DNA of 64,000 nucleotides. Source: Squalus acanthias. Lineage: Eukaryota. The DNA lies in NCBI GenBank assembly GCA_030390025.1, contig CM059431.1, positions 97,404,001 through 97,468,000 of the forward strand, given 5' to 3'. Each line of letters begins with the position of its first letter. Position 1 is the stretch's first letter. Positions 33,382-46,396 of this stretch are shown here, piece by piece. The notes below the pieces were generated by a model that saw only the letters and a list, made by a program, of their open reading frames with translations, did no database searches and had not been told where the DNA came from. The translations under genes were made by a program, and so were the position numbers.

Positions 33382-36300
33382 TCACAGCCTGTGGTCCCAC
33401 CACAGCTGCCGGCTCCGTCTCCCTCCCTCTTGCTCCGCCCCCTTGGGCTCGGGATCTGCGGTTTCCGACCCCACCCTACCTGTCCCTACAGATGGTGGAT
33501 CTCCGCCCGCAATCCCTACCTCCCCTATGCTCGGGTCGAGGGCGGGACCTCCGTCCTCCGACCCCTCCACCTCTCCGACCGGGTCAAAAACTTGGTCGAG
33601 CCCTTTGGGCTCTTCCTCGTCCGAATCCCAAGAAAAAGGAGAGACCCTCCACCTTTGCAGAATGTCTTCTCCCCTCACGCAGGCTGCTTTACCAGTCTGC
33701 GTGACCTGCAGTCCTACTCGGGGCTGAGAGTCCCCACTCGCAGGTCTGGCCCCTGTGGTCGGCCCCTGTGCACCCGGTTTATACAACTTGCACTGGTTGA
33801 TGTGGAACCATTTTGTGCGCCGGGGCACCTTCACGGCATACACCATGGGACTCACCTTATCTACAATACTGTAGGGTCCCATATACAGCGGCTCCAAACT
33901 CCCTACTCGGGCATAGTTCCTAACCATGACCTGGTCTCCGACTTCCCACTCCTGCTTCTTATGGGGTTCCAGCAACAGTCGATTGCCCTGATGCTGTCTT
34001 CCCATGTTCCCAGCCGCCTGCTCGTAAACCTGCTTCAGGCGCTCCAAGAGGGTTTGGACAAACTTGTCCCATTTCACCTCTTGGAGCTGACCCTCAGTGA
34101 GCACCGGGGCTAGTACATGGGTGGGGGTTCGCATGATCCTCCCAGTCATCACCTCGTGCTGGGAGTACCCCGTACCCTTCGACTGGCTGGCTTGGATCCC
34201 CATGAGGACTAGAGGCAGGATCTCCGCCCATTTCTGGGGCGAGCCCATAGTCTCTTTCCTCAGTTTTTCCTTGAGGGTCCGGTTCATGCGTTCAACAATC
34301 CCTGATGACTGGGGATTGTGCGCTACGTGCCACTTCCCTTCAATGCCCAGGAGCATGAGGGTGTTCTGCATCACCTGGCCGGTGAAATGACTCCCTTGGT
34401 CTGACTCCACGAAACGGGGGAGTCCCCACCGCGAGAACACTTCCCGGACCAAGATCTTGGCAGTACCCAGCGCCGTAGCTGTTCTACAGGGAAAGGCTTC
34501 TACCCACTTGGAAAACACATCCACCAGGACGAGGCAGTATTTATAGCCTCCCTGGGCGGTGGGCAGGGGCCCTATGTAATCGACTTGTATCGACTGCCAT
34601 GGTCCCTCTACCCTCCTGATGTGCCCCATGTGCACTTTCCTTTTCTGGGGGTCTGGGTTGTTTGCAGCGCACACAAGACAGCTTGCGCAGAACTCGCGGA
34701 CCTGATCCCTGAGTCCCGGCCACCATCCCGCCTGCTCTACCCGTTGCAGGCCCAGGGTGTCCTGCCCCTGGCCCCTCATGGGCCAGCTGAAGGAATTCCC
34801 TCCGGTGCTGCTGTGGCACAACCCACTGTTCCTCATGGAACAACATGCCTTCTTTAACGGAGAGGGTTGCCGTACTGTACGGGCCCTCTACCTGCTTGCC
34901 CTCAGTAATCGTTCTGAGAACTGCTTTTAGGGCGGGATCCTGGCTCTGGACGGTCTTGAGGTCTAGTGGCAGTGCTACCCTGGTGTTCCCGGGATTCCCT
35001 TCCCTGCCTTGGATCGCTGCCACGGGTCCGGGTCCATAGGGGTCCCAGAAAATGCCGTTACGGGCACCCTCCCTGGCTAGTGCATCCGCCTGCTGGTTGC
35101 CCTCCCCATGGGGTTCTGTGGAGGAGTGAGCCTTCACCTTGTGGATGAAAATCTCCCCTTCCTCCCCTACTGCTGCTAGGATCTTTTCCAGCAAAGGCTT
35201 CACTGTTAAAGGTCGCCCATCCGCGGCGGTATATCCACGGCGGGACCAAATGGCCAGGTACTCCATACACGAATTGCACGTAAACATACTGTCCGAGCAA
35301 ATCGTGTATGGGGTTGGGAAAATCTCGGGGTGGGTAACCACGTACGCCACCGTGGATAGCTCAGCCTGCTGCGCGCTCATGGTGCTGGGGAGCTTAATTG
35401 CCAAGGCAAGGTCTGCCGCAGGGTCATAAACTCCACACCCTGTGAGTCGTTCGCCAGCAGATACTGTGCTGGAACCATCTACATAAATTTCGCGGCCGGT
35501 GGGATGTATCCCGGCCCGCAAACCTATGTTGACCTCCCATACCCCTTCAACCGAACACCGATGGGCTGTTCCGGGGTATACCAGGTTGGCCGCGAGCTTG
35601 GGCTCGCAAAGACCTTTAACTCTGAGATCCATCTGGGAAAGGAGGAGGGTCCAGCGCGCAATGCGAGCGCTGCTTACGGTCCCATCCTTAATCCTTCCAT
35701 CCAGAAGCATCTTGGTTGGTGTGTGATGGGTGAGGAGGGTGATGGGAGAGAGCCCTGTGAAGATCGCTGATCTTTTCACAGCCCAATGCGTGGCTAAAAG
35801 ATGCCTTTCGCAGTTGGAAAAACTCCTTTCCACATCCGTTAACACCCTGGATGAATAAACAACCGGCCTCAGCCTGCCGTGACGCTCTTGGAGCAGCACG
35901 GCGCTCAAGCTGTCTCCGCTGGCGGCTACTTCCAGGAAAAACTCCTTCCCCCCCATCTATGGCCCCTAAAGCTGGCACGGTTTGCAGGTCCCTTTTTAAC
36001 TTCTCGAATGCTGCCTGACAACCCTCGTCCCAAGACCACTCCACTCCCTTATGTAGGAGTCGGAGCAGTGGGGCTGCTGTGGCTGCATAGTCTTTGATGA
36101 AGTCTCTGCAGTACCCGGTCAGTCCCAGAAAGGACCTCACACCCGTTATGGTGTTGGGAATCGGTAACTCCTGCACTGACTCCCTCCTAGCCTTATCTAT
36201 GGCTCTTTCCATAGCGCGAATGGTCAGACCCAGGAATTTTACTTCCTGCTGACCGATCCGTGCTTTCTTAGGGTTAACTTTAAAACCCTTTCTCGCTAGC

Positions 36301-37439
36301 AGCTCCAATAACTCGGCTAACAGTGGTCCATGCTCCTCCCTTGAGTCTGTGAACAGGAGCAGGTCGTCCACGTACTGCACTATCTGATTGGGCTGACTAA
36401 ACTCCTTTAAACTTCCTGCCATACACTGGTGGAAAATACTGGGGCTGTTGTGGAAACCCTGTGACAAGCAGTTCCACGTGTACTGTTGTCCTTTGAAAGT
36501 AAAGGCAAACTTGTACTGGTCCTCTCGCCGCAACGGAATGGACCAAAAACCGTTTGAGATATCCAGCACTGTGAACGTGGTCGCGGATGCTGGGATACTC
36601 CCTATTAGGTCAGCAACTGCTGCTACTGTGGGCGCGCAGGCGGGGATGTTACTGTTAAGGACTCTGTAGTCCACCGTGGCCCTCCATGAATTGTCCGGCT
36701 TCCTTACCGGCCATAATGGGGAGTTCACGTGTGTGGCTATCAGTCTCAACACGCCCTGCTGCACCAATGAGGACATTGCTGTCTCCATGTCGGGTTCTGC
36801 TTCTTTGGGGAAGTTATACTGCTTTTGGGGTCGGGTCATGGGGTCTCAGTCTACGCTGACCTCAAACCCGGTAACCCTTCCACAATCGTGCTTGTGGGTT
36901 GCAAACGCGTGCATATTATCTGACACAAACGTTTGCATGTCCGTTGGGACATCCGCGACCATAAGCCCGAGGTCGTAACCTCCGGACGGCTTCATGGTAC
37001 ACAGGGCCCCTTTTCCTTCCTTCCCTGGGATTACAACTACCTTGCCTTTCCCACCCTTGGCTCCCCAGAGACAGTGATTCCTAAGGTCCACGAGGATCCC
37101 GTGTTCCGCCAGGAGATCCGACCCGAGGATACCCTTGCCACCCCCCTCTTCCCATTTCATCAGGATGCACTTCCATGTGGTGTGGAGTGCTCCTAAATGA
37201 ATGGAGAGCGGAATGGAGAATGCGCCAGCCTGCTCTTTTCCTGTGAACCCTGCTAATGTGAATGGAACCTTGGTAGACAGGGGTGAGTCAAAGGGGCTAT
37301 CTGTATGAATCACGGTGCATGAAGCTCCCGTATCCAGCTGGTAACTACCCTTTTGTTTCTCTACCTCCATCTCCACAAGGGGTCTTTTCCACGCATCATA
37401 GCGAAGCGGACACAGATAGACGGGCTGCGCGGGTTTTAG
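33382..37439 (-). pseudogene. pol: pro-pol: protease, RT, tether, RNase HI, integrase with GPY/F tail
   Basis: LDTGAS; YVDD; RPVVYSSR.L..E; IYVDGS..AQQAE..SDS..KVKAH..GNQQAD; QVDYIGP, ESDQG, SGIVER, GPY. One stop (36846-36848) and frameshifts near 35950 and 34760. Confidence 0.92.
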
Positions 37440-39249
37440 TCATTGGGAACTGGCGGGCGGGGTTGTGGCACCTGTGGGGCCGTTAACGGCTGCCACCCTC
37501 CCGTGTGAGGTCATAAGAGACCGCATGGCCCCTAACATGGACTCGATCGCATCGGGATGGATTGGCACACCGGCACCTCTCTCGGGCAGGCATTTGGGCT
37601 CGGGCTGCGGGAGCTTTCTCCTTGGAATCCTTCCAGGGAGTCCTACAGTTTTTGCGCCAGTGACCTGCCTTCCCGCACCCGTAACAAACACTGTTGGTTT
37701 GTGGGGCGCGATTACCCTCCTGATGCCACTCTTTCTGAGCCGGAGCTGCGGGCTTTGCCTCGTGCACTTTTCCCTTAGTGGGACGCGCTCCCGTGCTCCT
37801 GGTATTCCTATACCCTATGGTGAGCTGGCTCAGGACCGACTCCTCCGTAGTACGGGGGTTGGTGGGAGCAAACCACGCCTTGGCCTGCTCCCTGACGGCT
37901 GGCAAGCTGTTGGCGACTACGCACCTGAGCCAATGAGCTCTCTCGACACCGTGCAGGTTGTTTCGCGTTGGTGTACTCGGGCAGCTACGCTGATACACTG
38001 GCCACAGCCTTTCGGCGAAAACCCGTGGGGGTTCTCCCTCCATCTGCACTGTCTGACCCAGCCGGACGAACGGACCTTCGTCATCCACTCCCAACACTTC
38101 CAGGACCTCGTCCCGTAAGTCCTCATAGCCCCTAACTCCCCTCTTGCTCTCGTCGGAGAGACACTGAAGGATTGAGCTATCCAAAGAGAACAGCAACATT
38201 TTGGTCTTTTCCTCCCGGTCGCAGCCATTAACCGCTGCGGTCTGCTCTACCTCTCTGAAATGAACGGAAGGATCTCCTGACTCGGACAGTTTCCGGACAT
38301 GGCTGATCATTGCCCTCAGCTGTTGTGAGCTGTGGGGCACTACAATTTGGTTTAAGAGGGGTCCGTCTTCCCCATTTGCCCCGTTCGGGCCCCACTTCTG
38401 TTCTCGGACCGGACACATCGGTGCCGGCTCCGACCCTACCTCCAGGGATTGTTCTACCTCGGGAACCTCCTTCTCTATCTCTACCGCTTCCTCCCTTGCC
38501 CATGCTTCCTGATAGCTGGGTGGCGCTGAGGGCTTGGTGGCCGATACCACAGCTGCTTTTCTTGGTAGGGGTTTTGGGGATTCCCTAGCTACCTGTGGCT
38601 GGCTCGCTGACGGGCTGATGAGACACACCAAGCCGTTCGCCTTATTTAGGGCCTCTCTCAGGTCCTCTATCTCTCTCTGGCAAGCGCTGTGGTCGGCTCC
38701 CTCAGACCTATCCTCGAGAGCCATCTTGTATGCCGCCCTAACTCCCCTGAGACTTTCTTCCTGGGTCTTTACCTGGTTAGCTAGGCGGATACACCGTTCT
38801 TTGATCTTTCCCTCACTTAACTTAGCTTCCGTGACCTGGCACTCTAAGTACTCGATCCTAGCCTCATGGTGGCTGGCTACTATTTGGCGTTCCTGATGCA
38901 GCGCATTTAGGGATGCAATCAGTTTCTGTCCTCCCGTAACCTTTTCCTCCATCTCTGTCTCTAACTCTTTGATCTGGGCTGTCTGTGCTGCAATGACCTG
39001 GTCCGAAAGCTGGACTTGCTTTTTGTAGCACATCAGCCAGACCGCTTTCTCTACTGATTTCTTATATTCTCTGCTACCTGTCCACCTGATGGCTGCATCT
39101 AGCGTCAGTACGTCACATATCCACTGTTTGGTCAGGTTTACTTTCCCGAACACATAGTCGGCTACTTTTTCGTCCATTACATTTCGTTTATTCAAACCTG
39201 GGTCTAAGACATTGCTCTCTTGCGGCCAGGGTCCCTTCGTGGTCGCCAT
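37440..39249 (-). pseudogene. gag: gag with long coiled coil, capsid and one CCHC knuckle; likely frameshift lesion near the 3' end
   Basis: 588-aa ORF with a heptad-rich segment at about aa 75-205, PPSY motif and CYGCGKAGHWRKNC. The alternative frame 37440-37691 ends CAA TGA CTA in frame with the protease. Confidence 0.85.
39231..39248 (-). promoter_or_regulatory. Primer binding site, tRNA-Arg(TCG)
   Basis: TGGCGACCACGAAGGGAC, 4 nt from the LTR end, complementary to the recalled tRNA-Arg 3' end GTCCCTTCGTGGTCGCCA. Confidence 0.85.
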
Positions 39250-39252
39250 TTC

Positions 39253-40967
39253 TGTAAGGGGGGGTGAGGTGAGGCTTTCGTTGCCTGTGATTCTTTGCTA
39301 TTGCTTGCTCTGGTCTCCGGCCAGACTTTTTGCAATAATCACCTGTGAGTGGTTCGACCCACTCGCCCTTACGGTTCTGACACCTGGACTTAGATGCAAA
39401 GGAGCAGTAATGCAGAGAAAGACTCAAATAGACCTGGTTGAATAACACGAAATAAAATGCCTTTATTGTACGGTGTCCAAAATAATGAAATACATGTCAT
39501 ATGCGCAGATCAAAGAAATTACAAGTATTCACACGTCTATAAAACTTGGTCTATACAAATGGGGAACACACGGCACATCGTAAAGGGGGTAACACATTAC
39601 ACATTAACCTTAGGAACCACCCTCCCTTACAATACCTAAACTACGTCTGGATTTGTAGGATCGGGAAACATGCTCACCACTCGGGTTACTTCGGAATTTA
39701 AAATGAGGCTCGCAGCCTTTCGCTGCAGCGCCTGGCTGTCACGTGGCTGTAAGGGCTTCTGAGCTCGACTTGTTTACACTCGCTGCCGCGATGGACCCAC
39801 TTGGGTCAGCCCTGATGAACGTTCGTCGCGGATGGCCCAGGCTACCCGCTCAAATAACCAGAAGATAAGCCTGTCTTCCTGGATCTTCAGTAGGATTCAA
39901 AAAGGTGGATTTGAACCTACTTCGTCGTTTATCTTTGGGCGCGGTCGGGGTTTTACTGACCGTGGCGTCTCCCACGTGGAATTTCTTCTCGTCACTCGGG
40001 CCTCGCTCGGCCGAGATTCTTGTCTTCTTCGCTACCGGCGGCTGGTCGTTCGGGAACACACCGCTGCGTTGCCCTGATGGATCCGGACACCGTTTACCGA
40101 CGATCGGGATGGTGTACCCTACTGCCTGCCGTGTCGAGGTGGCTCGTTCTGAGGTTCCGTTTCTGGCCGACACGGACCACGAACAACGAACTCGAACCCG
40201 AACTCCACCCAACACTCGAACACCGGACCAGCACAGCACCGCGGGCAGGACACGCACAAGACTGCAAGACCAAGACTCTTCCAATCTCCGTAACTCTTCC
40301 AATCTAACTAACTAATCTCCGTAACTCTTCCAATCTGACTCTCGATGAACATTCGTCCTCTATAGTTATACTGTTTGGACGGGCCTTATCTCCCGCTCAA
40401 ATCAAGATGCTGTCTTTTGTTTAATTTTGGCGCCCAAAGTTCTCGGTATGGGGTAATTGTCTTCTCAACTGGTTTCGGGATCACCCAAAACTGGCCAACT
40501 ACCTGTTAATGTCTTCTTCATTGTTGAGCTAGGTAGGATGTGTATAATTGTCTCCTCAACTGGTTTCGGGATCACCTGAAACTGGCCCAATCACCCGTCA
40601 ATGTCTCTCTCATTGTTGAGCTGGGTGGTATTTGTGTATTGATGTGTCTGGATGGGCCCCCGATTGTCCAGTGCAATGATTCTCACTGTGCATTTGAAAC
40701 GATTCAAGCACTTATATCATTGTTTTTGTCCAAGACGCAAATGGGTTGCATCCTGCCTTCCCAATCTGCATGGTTTCATTATGAATGTATATTCAGCGCC
40801 ATCTTGTCTGCTCACTATGTTCTGGAAAACGTCTGTCACGATGCTCGGCGGCCATTTTACAGGCTGCTGTACCCTTTTATTAAAAGCAGCCTTTCGTTCA
40901 ATAAAAATGTACAATTGAACCTGCTTCTCTCACATTATTAGAATCGTGATAATTGCGAAACTCTACA
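39253..40967 (-). repeat. 5' LTR (1715 bp)
   Basis: TGTA...TACA termini matching those of the TSD-defined solo LTR. AATAAA at ~39463-39468 (minus). ~90-bp tandem duplication at 40452-40627. YY1-like GCCATCTT/GCCATTTT and E2F-like TTTGGCGC motifs, with similar motifs in the solo LTR. Confidence 0.88.
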
Positions 40968-41317
40968 CAGGGTTAATGCTGGGAAAATGTTTCCCCTGGC
41001 TGGGGACTCTAGAACATGGGGTCATAGTCTCAGAATAAGGGGTCGGCCATTTAAGACTGAGATGAGGAGAAATTTCTTCACTCAGAGGGTTGTGAATCTT
41101 TGGAATTCTCTACCCCAGAGAGCTGTGGATACTCAGTCGTTGGGTATATTCAAGACAGAGGTCGATAAATTTTTGGGAACTAAGGGAATTAAGGGATACG
41201 GGGATAGTGCGGGAAGGTGGAGTTGAGGTAGAAGATCAGCCATGATCTTGTTGAATGGCGGAGCAGGCTCGAAGGGCCAAATGGCCTATTCCAGCTCCTA
41301 TTTCTTATGATCTTATG
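40968..41317 (+). mobile_element. CR1 LINE 3' end
   Basis: Encodes MFPL..SRT.GHSL..RRNFFTQRVVNLWNSLP, followed by a TCTTATG-type tail. Confidence 0.9.
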
Positions 41318-42184
41318 TAAACTGATTTTAATTTTGTGCAGTGTGAAATTTGTCCATTTTAATAAAAATAAAAATTTTTAAAAACTTCTCAAAATAATTT
41401 AAATTTAAAAAAAAAGTTTGTCCATCTTTATTTCAGGCTTGCCTTTTCCCCATGTGAGAGCCCCAATCTTAGATTTTCTCTCTCGAATGATAACGTCACC
41501 ACCGTGCGCAGCGCCCCATTTTCACCCTGCTTGCAAAATTGGCGCTGGACGATGACAGCGACCGGAGGCTCGTGGGGCGGTAATTAAAGGGGAGGTGGCG
41601 TGTGTGGGAAAAGAAATCGGCCCGTTGCGTCTTTGATTGCTGCTGGCGCGCAGCCTGCTCCCCGGTGGTCCAGGTTGGGCCCCTCAGAGTTGTGAGCTTA
41701 GGCCCTCCCCTTTAATGAGGGGAGGAGCCCTTCCATGCGGCAGCGCTACGTGGCCCGGTGCGTAGCACCGCAGAACACACCGCCCCGATATTCGGGGTTA
41801 GCGCTCTCAGAAGGAAGTAGAGTGCTTGAGTGCTAAAACTGAATTTCGCGGTCGCCGATGCTAATTAGTGCCGGGCGCTAAAGTTAGTGTCCAGGCGATG
41901 TTAGCGCCCCAAAATGTTCGATACCAAATCTTTCCCCTGAGAGTTTTAGGAGCTTACTCACTTCCTTGTTTGCTGTCTGTGAGAATTCTGCCTTTTGATT
42001 GGCTGCTTAGACAGCTTGTTGACGTCACAGCAGTTTGCACAAGGGGATCCCCATTAACTTCCGTTGATTTGAATTGAAGGTCGGAAAACCCGAAGTTTTC
42101 GACACAAGGATCGCAAGATCCCTGTGCGAAGCATAATTCGGGGCCAGCAGCCTTTGCTTTGCTACTGACTGCAAATTCCGGGCC
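41318..42184. mobile_element. Probable degenerate non-autonomous Harbinger-type fragments
   Basis: GC-rich non-coding sequence ending in a TIR-like GCAAATTCCGGGCC. No TIR pair or TSD was found. Confidence 0.35.
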
Positions 42185-42198
42185 AAAGTGTCACATTT

Positions 42199-43170
42199 AA
42201 CAACAACAACAACTTGTATTTATATAGCACCTTTAATGTAGTAAAACGTCCCAAGGCGCTTCACAGGAGTATAAAACAAAGTTTGACACTGAGCCACACA
42301 AGGAGAAATTAGGGCAGATGACCAAAAGCTTGGGCAAAGAGGTAGGTTTTAAGGAGGCTCTTAAAGAAGGAAAGAGAGGTAGAGAGGTGGAAAGGTTTAG
42401 GCAGGGAATTCCAGAGCTTAGGGTCTTGGCAGCAGAAGGCACGGCAACCAATGATTGAGCGATTATAATCGGGGTGCTCAAGAGGGCAGAATTAGAGGAA
42501 TGCAGATATCTCGGAGGGTTGTAGGGCTGGAGGAGGTTACAGAGATAGAGAGGGGTGAGGGATTTGAAAACTAGGATGAGAATTTTGAAATCGAGGCGTT
42601 GCTTAACTGGGAGCCAATGTAGGTCAGCGAGCACAGGAATGATGGGTCAATGGGACTTGGTGCGAGTTAGGACACGGACAGCCGAGTTTTGGATGACCTC
42701 ACGTAGGGTAGAACGTGGGAGGCCAGCCAGGAGTGCGTTGGAATAGTCTAGAGGTAACAAAGGCATGGATGAGGGTTTCAGCAGATGAGCTGTGTTAGAG
42801 GCAGAGACGGGCGATGTTACGGAGGTGGAAGTAGGCAGTCTTAATTATGCTGCGGATATGTGGTCGGAAGCTCATTTCAGGGTCAAATATGACACTAAGG
42901 TTGCGAACAGTGTGGTTCAGCCTCAGACAGATGTTAGGGATGGTGTCAGTGGCTAGGGAACGGAGTTTGTGGCGGGGACCAAAAACAATGGCTTCCGTCT
43001 TCCCAATATTTAATTGGAGAAAATTTCTGCTCATCCAGGACTGGATGTCGGACAAGCAGTCTGACAATTTCGAGACCGTGGAGGGGTTGAGAGAAGAGGT
43101 AGAGCTGAGTGTGGTCAACGTACATGTGGAAACTGACGGTGTCTTTTCAGATGATGTCACCAAGGGGCAG
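42199..43170 (-). mobile_element. L2 LINE 3' fragment
   Basis: LHWLPVKQR.DFKIL and NFLQLNIGKTE motifs, with a (TTG)n tail at 42199-42213. Confidence 0.9.
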
Positions 43171-44343
43171 CAAGTCTTCTTAGGCAGTCCCTCGGAACCG
43201 AGGATGACTTGCTTCCTCATTAAAAATGAGTTCTCAGGTGACTGATGGTCCAATGCAGGACCTACAGTCTCTTTCACAGGTGGGGCAGACGGTGGTTGAA
43301 GGGGCAGGTGGGTGGGGTGCTTGGGTTGACGTGCACTCCTTGCGCTGCCTGCGCTTGGCTTCCGCTTGCTCCCGGCGAAGAGACTCGAGGTGTTCGGCGC
43401 CTTCCCGGATGCTTCTCCTCCACTTTGTGCGGTCTTGGGCCAGGGATTCCCAGGTGTCAGTGGGGATGTTACACTTTTTCAAGGAGGCTTTGAGGGTGTC
43501 CTTGAAGAGTTTCCTCTGCCCACCTGGGGCCCCCCCCCTGCCGTGCCAGAGCTCCGAGTAGAGCGCTTGTTTTGGGAGTCTTGTATCGGGCATGCGGACA
43601 ATGTGACCCGTCCATCGGAGCTGATCGAGCGTGGTCAAAGCTTCGATGCTGGGGATGTTGGCCTGAGCGAGAACACTGACGTTGGTGCGCCTATCCTGCC
43701 AATGGATTTGCAGGATCTTGCAGAGGCAGCGTTGGCGGTACCTCTCCAGTGCTTTGAGGTGCCTGCTGTACGTGGTCCATGTCTCTGAGGCATACAGCTC
43801 CTACAGCGGGTATTACTGCTGCTCTGTAGACCATGAGCTTAGTGCCGGGTTTGAGGTCCTGGTCTTCAAACACTCTCTTCCTCAGGCGACCGAAGGCTGC
43901 ACTGGCAAACTGAAGGCAGCGTTGGACTTCGTCATCGACGTTTGCCCTTGTTGACAGTAGGCTTCCGAGGTATGGAAAGTGGTCCACGTTGTCCAAGGCC
44001 TTGTCGTGGATTTTGATAATCGGGGGGCAGTACTGTGTGGCGGGGGCAGGTTGGTAGAGGACCTTTGTCTTACGGATGTTTAGTGTAAGGCCCATGCTCT
44101 TGTACGCTTCGGTGAAGGTGTTGACGATGGTTTGGAGTTTGACCTCCGAGTGAGCGCAGACGCAAGCGTCGTCTGCATACTGTAATTCGACGACAGAGGA
44201 TGGGATGACCTTGGATCTGGACTGGAGGTGACGGAGGTTGAACAGCTTCCCGTTTGTTCTGTAAATTAGCTCCACTCCAGTGGGGAGCTTACTGAGGGTG
44301 AGATGGAGCATTGCAGCAAGGAAGATCGAGAAGAGCGTTGGTC
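43171..44343 (-). mobile_element. RTE-clade (BovB-like) LINE 3' fragment
   Basis: PTLFSIF..ELQYADD..F.YLGS; QLRW.GHIVRM...RLPKQ; C-terminal CPTCERDC zinc motif. Confidence 0.88.
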
Positions 44344-46396
44344 CAGTACTGGATGTCCAGTACTGGATGTCGGACAAGCAGTCTGACAATTTCGAGGCCG
44401 TGGAGGGGTCAAGAGAAGTGGTAGTGAGGTAGAGCTGGGTGTCATCAGCGTATCTGTGGAAACTGACGCTGTGTTTTCGGATGATGTCGCCAAGGGGCAA
44501 CATGTAGATGAGAAATAGGAGGGGACCAAGGATAGATCCTTGGGGGACACCAGAGGTAACGATACGTGAGTGGGAAGAGAAGCCATTGCAGGTGATTCTC
44601 TGGCTACAATTAGATAGATAAGAATTGAACCAGGAGAGTGCAGTCCCACCCAGCTGGACGACGGTGGAGAGGTGTTGGAGAAGGATGGAGTGGTCAACCG
44701 TGTCAAAGGCTGCAGACAAGTCAAGAAGGACGAGGAGGGATAGTTTACCTTTGTCACAGTCAGAAAGGATGTCATTTGTGACTTTGATGAGAGCTGTTTC
44801 AGTACTGTGACAAGGGCAGAAACCTGATTGGAGGGATTCAAACATGGAGTTGTGGCAAAGATGGGCACGGATTTGGGAGGCGACAACACATTCAAGGACT
44901 TTGGAGAGGAAAGGAAGGTTAGAGATGGGGCGGTAGTTTGCAAGGACGGAGGGGTCAGGGGTTGGTTTTTTGAGGAGAGGGGTGATGACGGCAGATTTGA
45001 GGGAGAGGGGGACAGTACCTGAGGAGAGAGAACCGTTAACAATGTCAGCTAACATTGGAGTCAGAAATGGAAGTTGGGTGGTCAGCAGTTTGGTGGGAAT
45101 AGGGTCAAGGGAGCAGGAAGTGGGTCTCATGGACAAGATGAGCACAGAGAGGTCATGAGGGGATATCGGAGAGAAACTGGAGAAAGATGTGAGTTCAGGG
45201 CTAGGGCAGGGGGGGAACCTTAGAGGAAGTTTGGCCCGGTGGGCTAGGGGAAGGAAGGGAAGTAATCTCCGGATTACTCCCGGTGCCACGAGCTAGTGAG
45301 TATAGAAATAGGAGGATAGAGCAGGTGAATGCGTGGCTGGAGAGATGGTGCAGGAGGAAGGGCTTTAGATTCTTGGGGCATTGGGGCCGGTTCTGGGGGG
45401 AGGTGGGACCTATACAGGCCGGATGGGTTGCACCTCAACAGAGCTGGGACCAATGTCCTCGCAGGGGTCGGTTTGCTAGTGCTGTTCGGGAGGGTTTAAA
45501 CTAATTTGGCAGGGGGATGTGCACCAGTATGTAGCATTAGAAAGGGGAAACAAGGTGCACAAAGGATTGGGAGAGGCAGAGAGCACTAAAGTAAGAAATA
45601 GTAAGGTATTATGTGGGGTCAGACGAAGAGAGAATACAAGAAGGTCTCAGACTGGTTTACAGTGCATGTATGTAAACGCTCGAAGTATGGTGAATAAGGT
45701 TGGTGAGCTGCAGGCGCAAATAGCCACATGGGAATATGATGTCATGGTGATTACGGAGACCTGGCTCAAAAAAGGACAGGATTGGGTATTAACTTTTCCT
45801 AGATAGGTGTTCAGGAAAGATAGGGAAGGAAAGAAAGGAGGTGGGGTGGCAGTATTGATTAAACAGCATATTACAGTGCTGGAGAGAGGGGATGTCCTGG
45901 AGGGGTCAAGGACAGAATCTATATGGCTAGAGTTAAGAAACAATAGAGGTGCCATTACACTACTAGGTGTATGCTATAGGCCACCAACTATTGGAAGGAT
46001 ATAGAGGAGCAAATTTGCAGGGAAATTACAGAGAGGTGCAAGAACTATAGAGGAGTGATAATGGGGGACTTCACCTATCCGAATATAGACTGGGATCGTA
46101 ATAATGTTAAGGGCAGAGAAGGGGAAGAATTTCTGGTGTGTTCAGGAGAACTTTCTTGATCAGTATGTTTCCAGCCCAACGAGGAAGGAGGCATTGCTGG
46201 ATCTGGTTCTGAGGAATGAGGTAGATCAAGTGGAGCAAGTGTCAGTAGGGGAACATTTAGGGAACTGTGATCATAGTATCATAAGGTTTAGATTAGCTAT
46301 GGAAAAGGACAGGGAGCAATCTAGAGTAAAAATACTTAATTGGAGGAAGTCCAATTTCAGTGGGTTGAGAATGGATCTGGCCCGGGTAAACTGCAA

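Larger units (their letters stand above)
33068..40967 (-). mobile_element. Lokiretrovirus-like provirus, 3'-truncated (5' LTR-gag-pol; no env or 3' LTR)
   Basis: Retroviral-type RT (LDISNGFWSIPL, KFAFTF.GQQYTW, YVDD), tether plus a second RNase H, coiled-coil Gag, readthrough junction, and a long LTR. The family assignment is inference. Confidence 0.75.

Noticed and set aside
33166..34113. 315-aa plus-strand ORF and other antisense ORFs over gag/pol regions
   Set aside because: Shadow frames of GC-rich coding sequence with no recognisable motifs.
39786..39831. Hammerhead suggested by CTGATGA beside stems in the LTR
   Set aside because: No GAAA core after a stem II, and not conserved in the solo LTR.
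39850..40315. ORFs on both strands inside the long LTR
   Set aside because: Non-ATG starts, low complexity, and no counterpart in the sister LTR.
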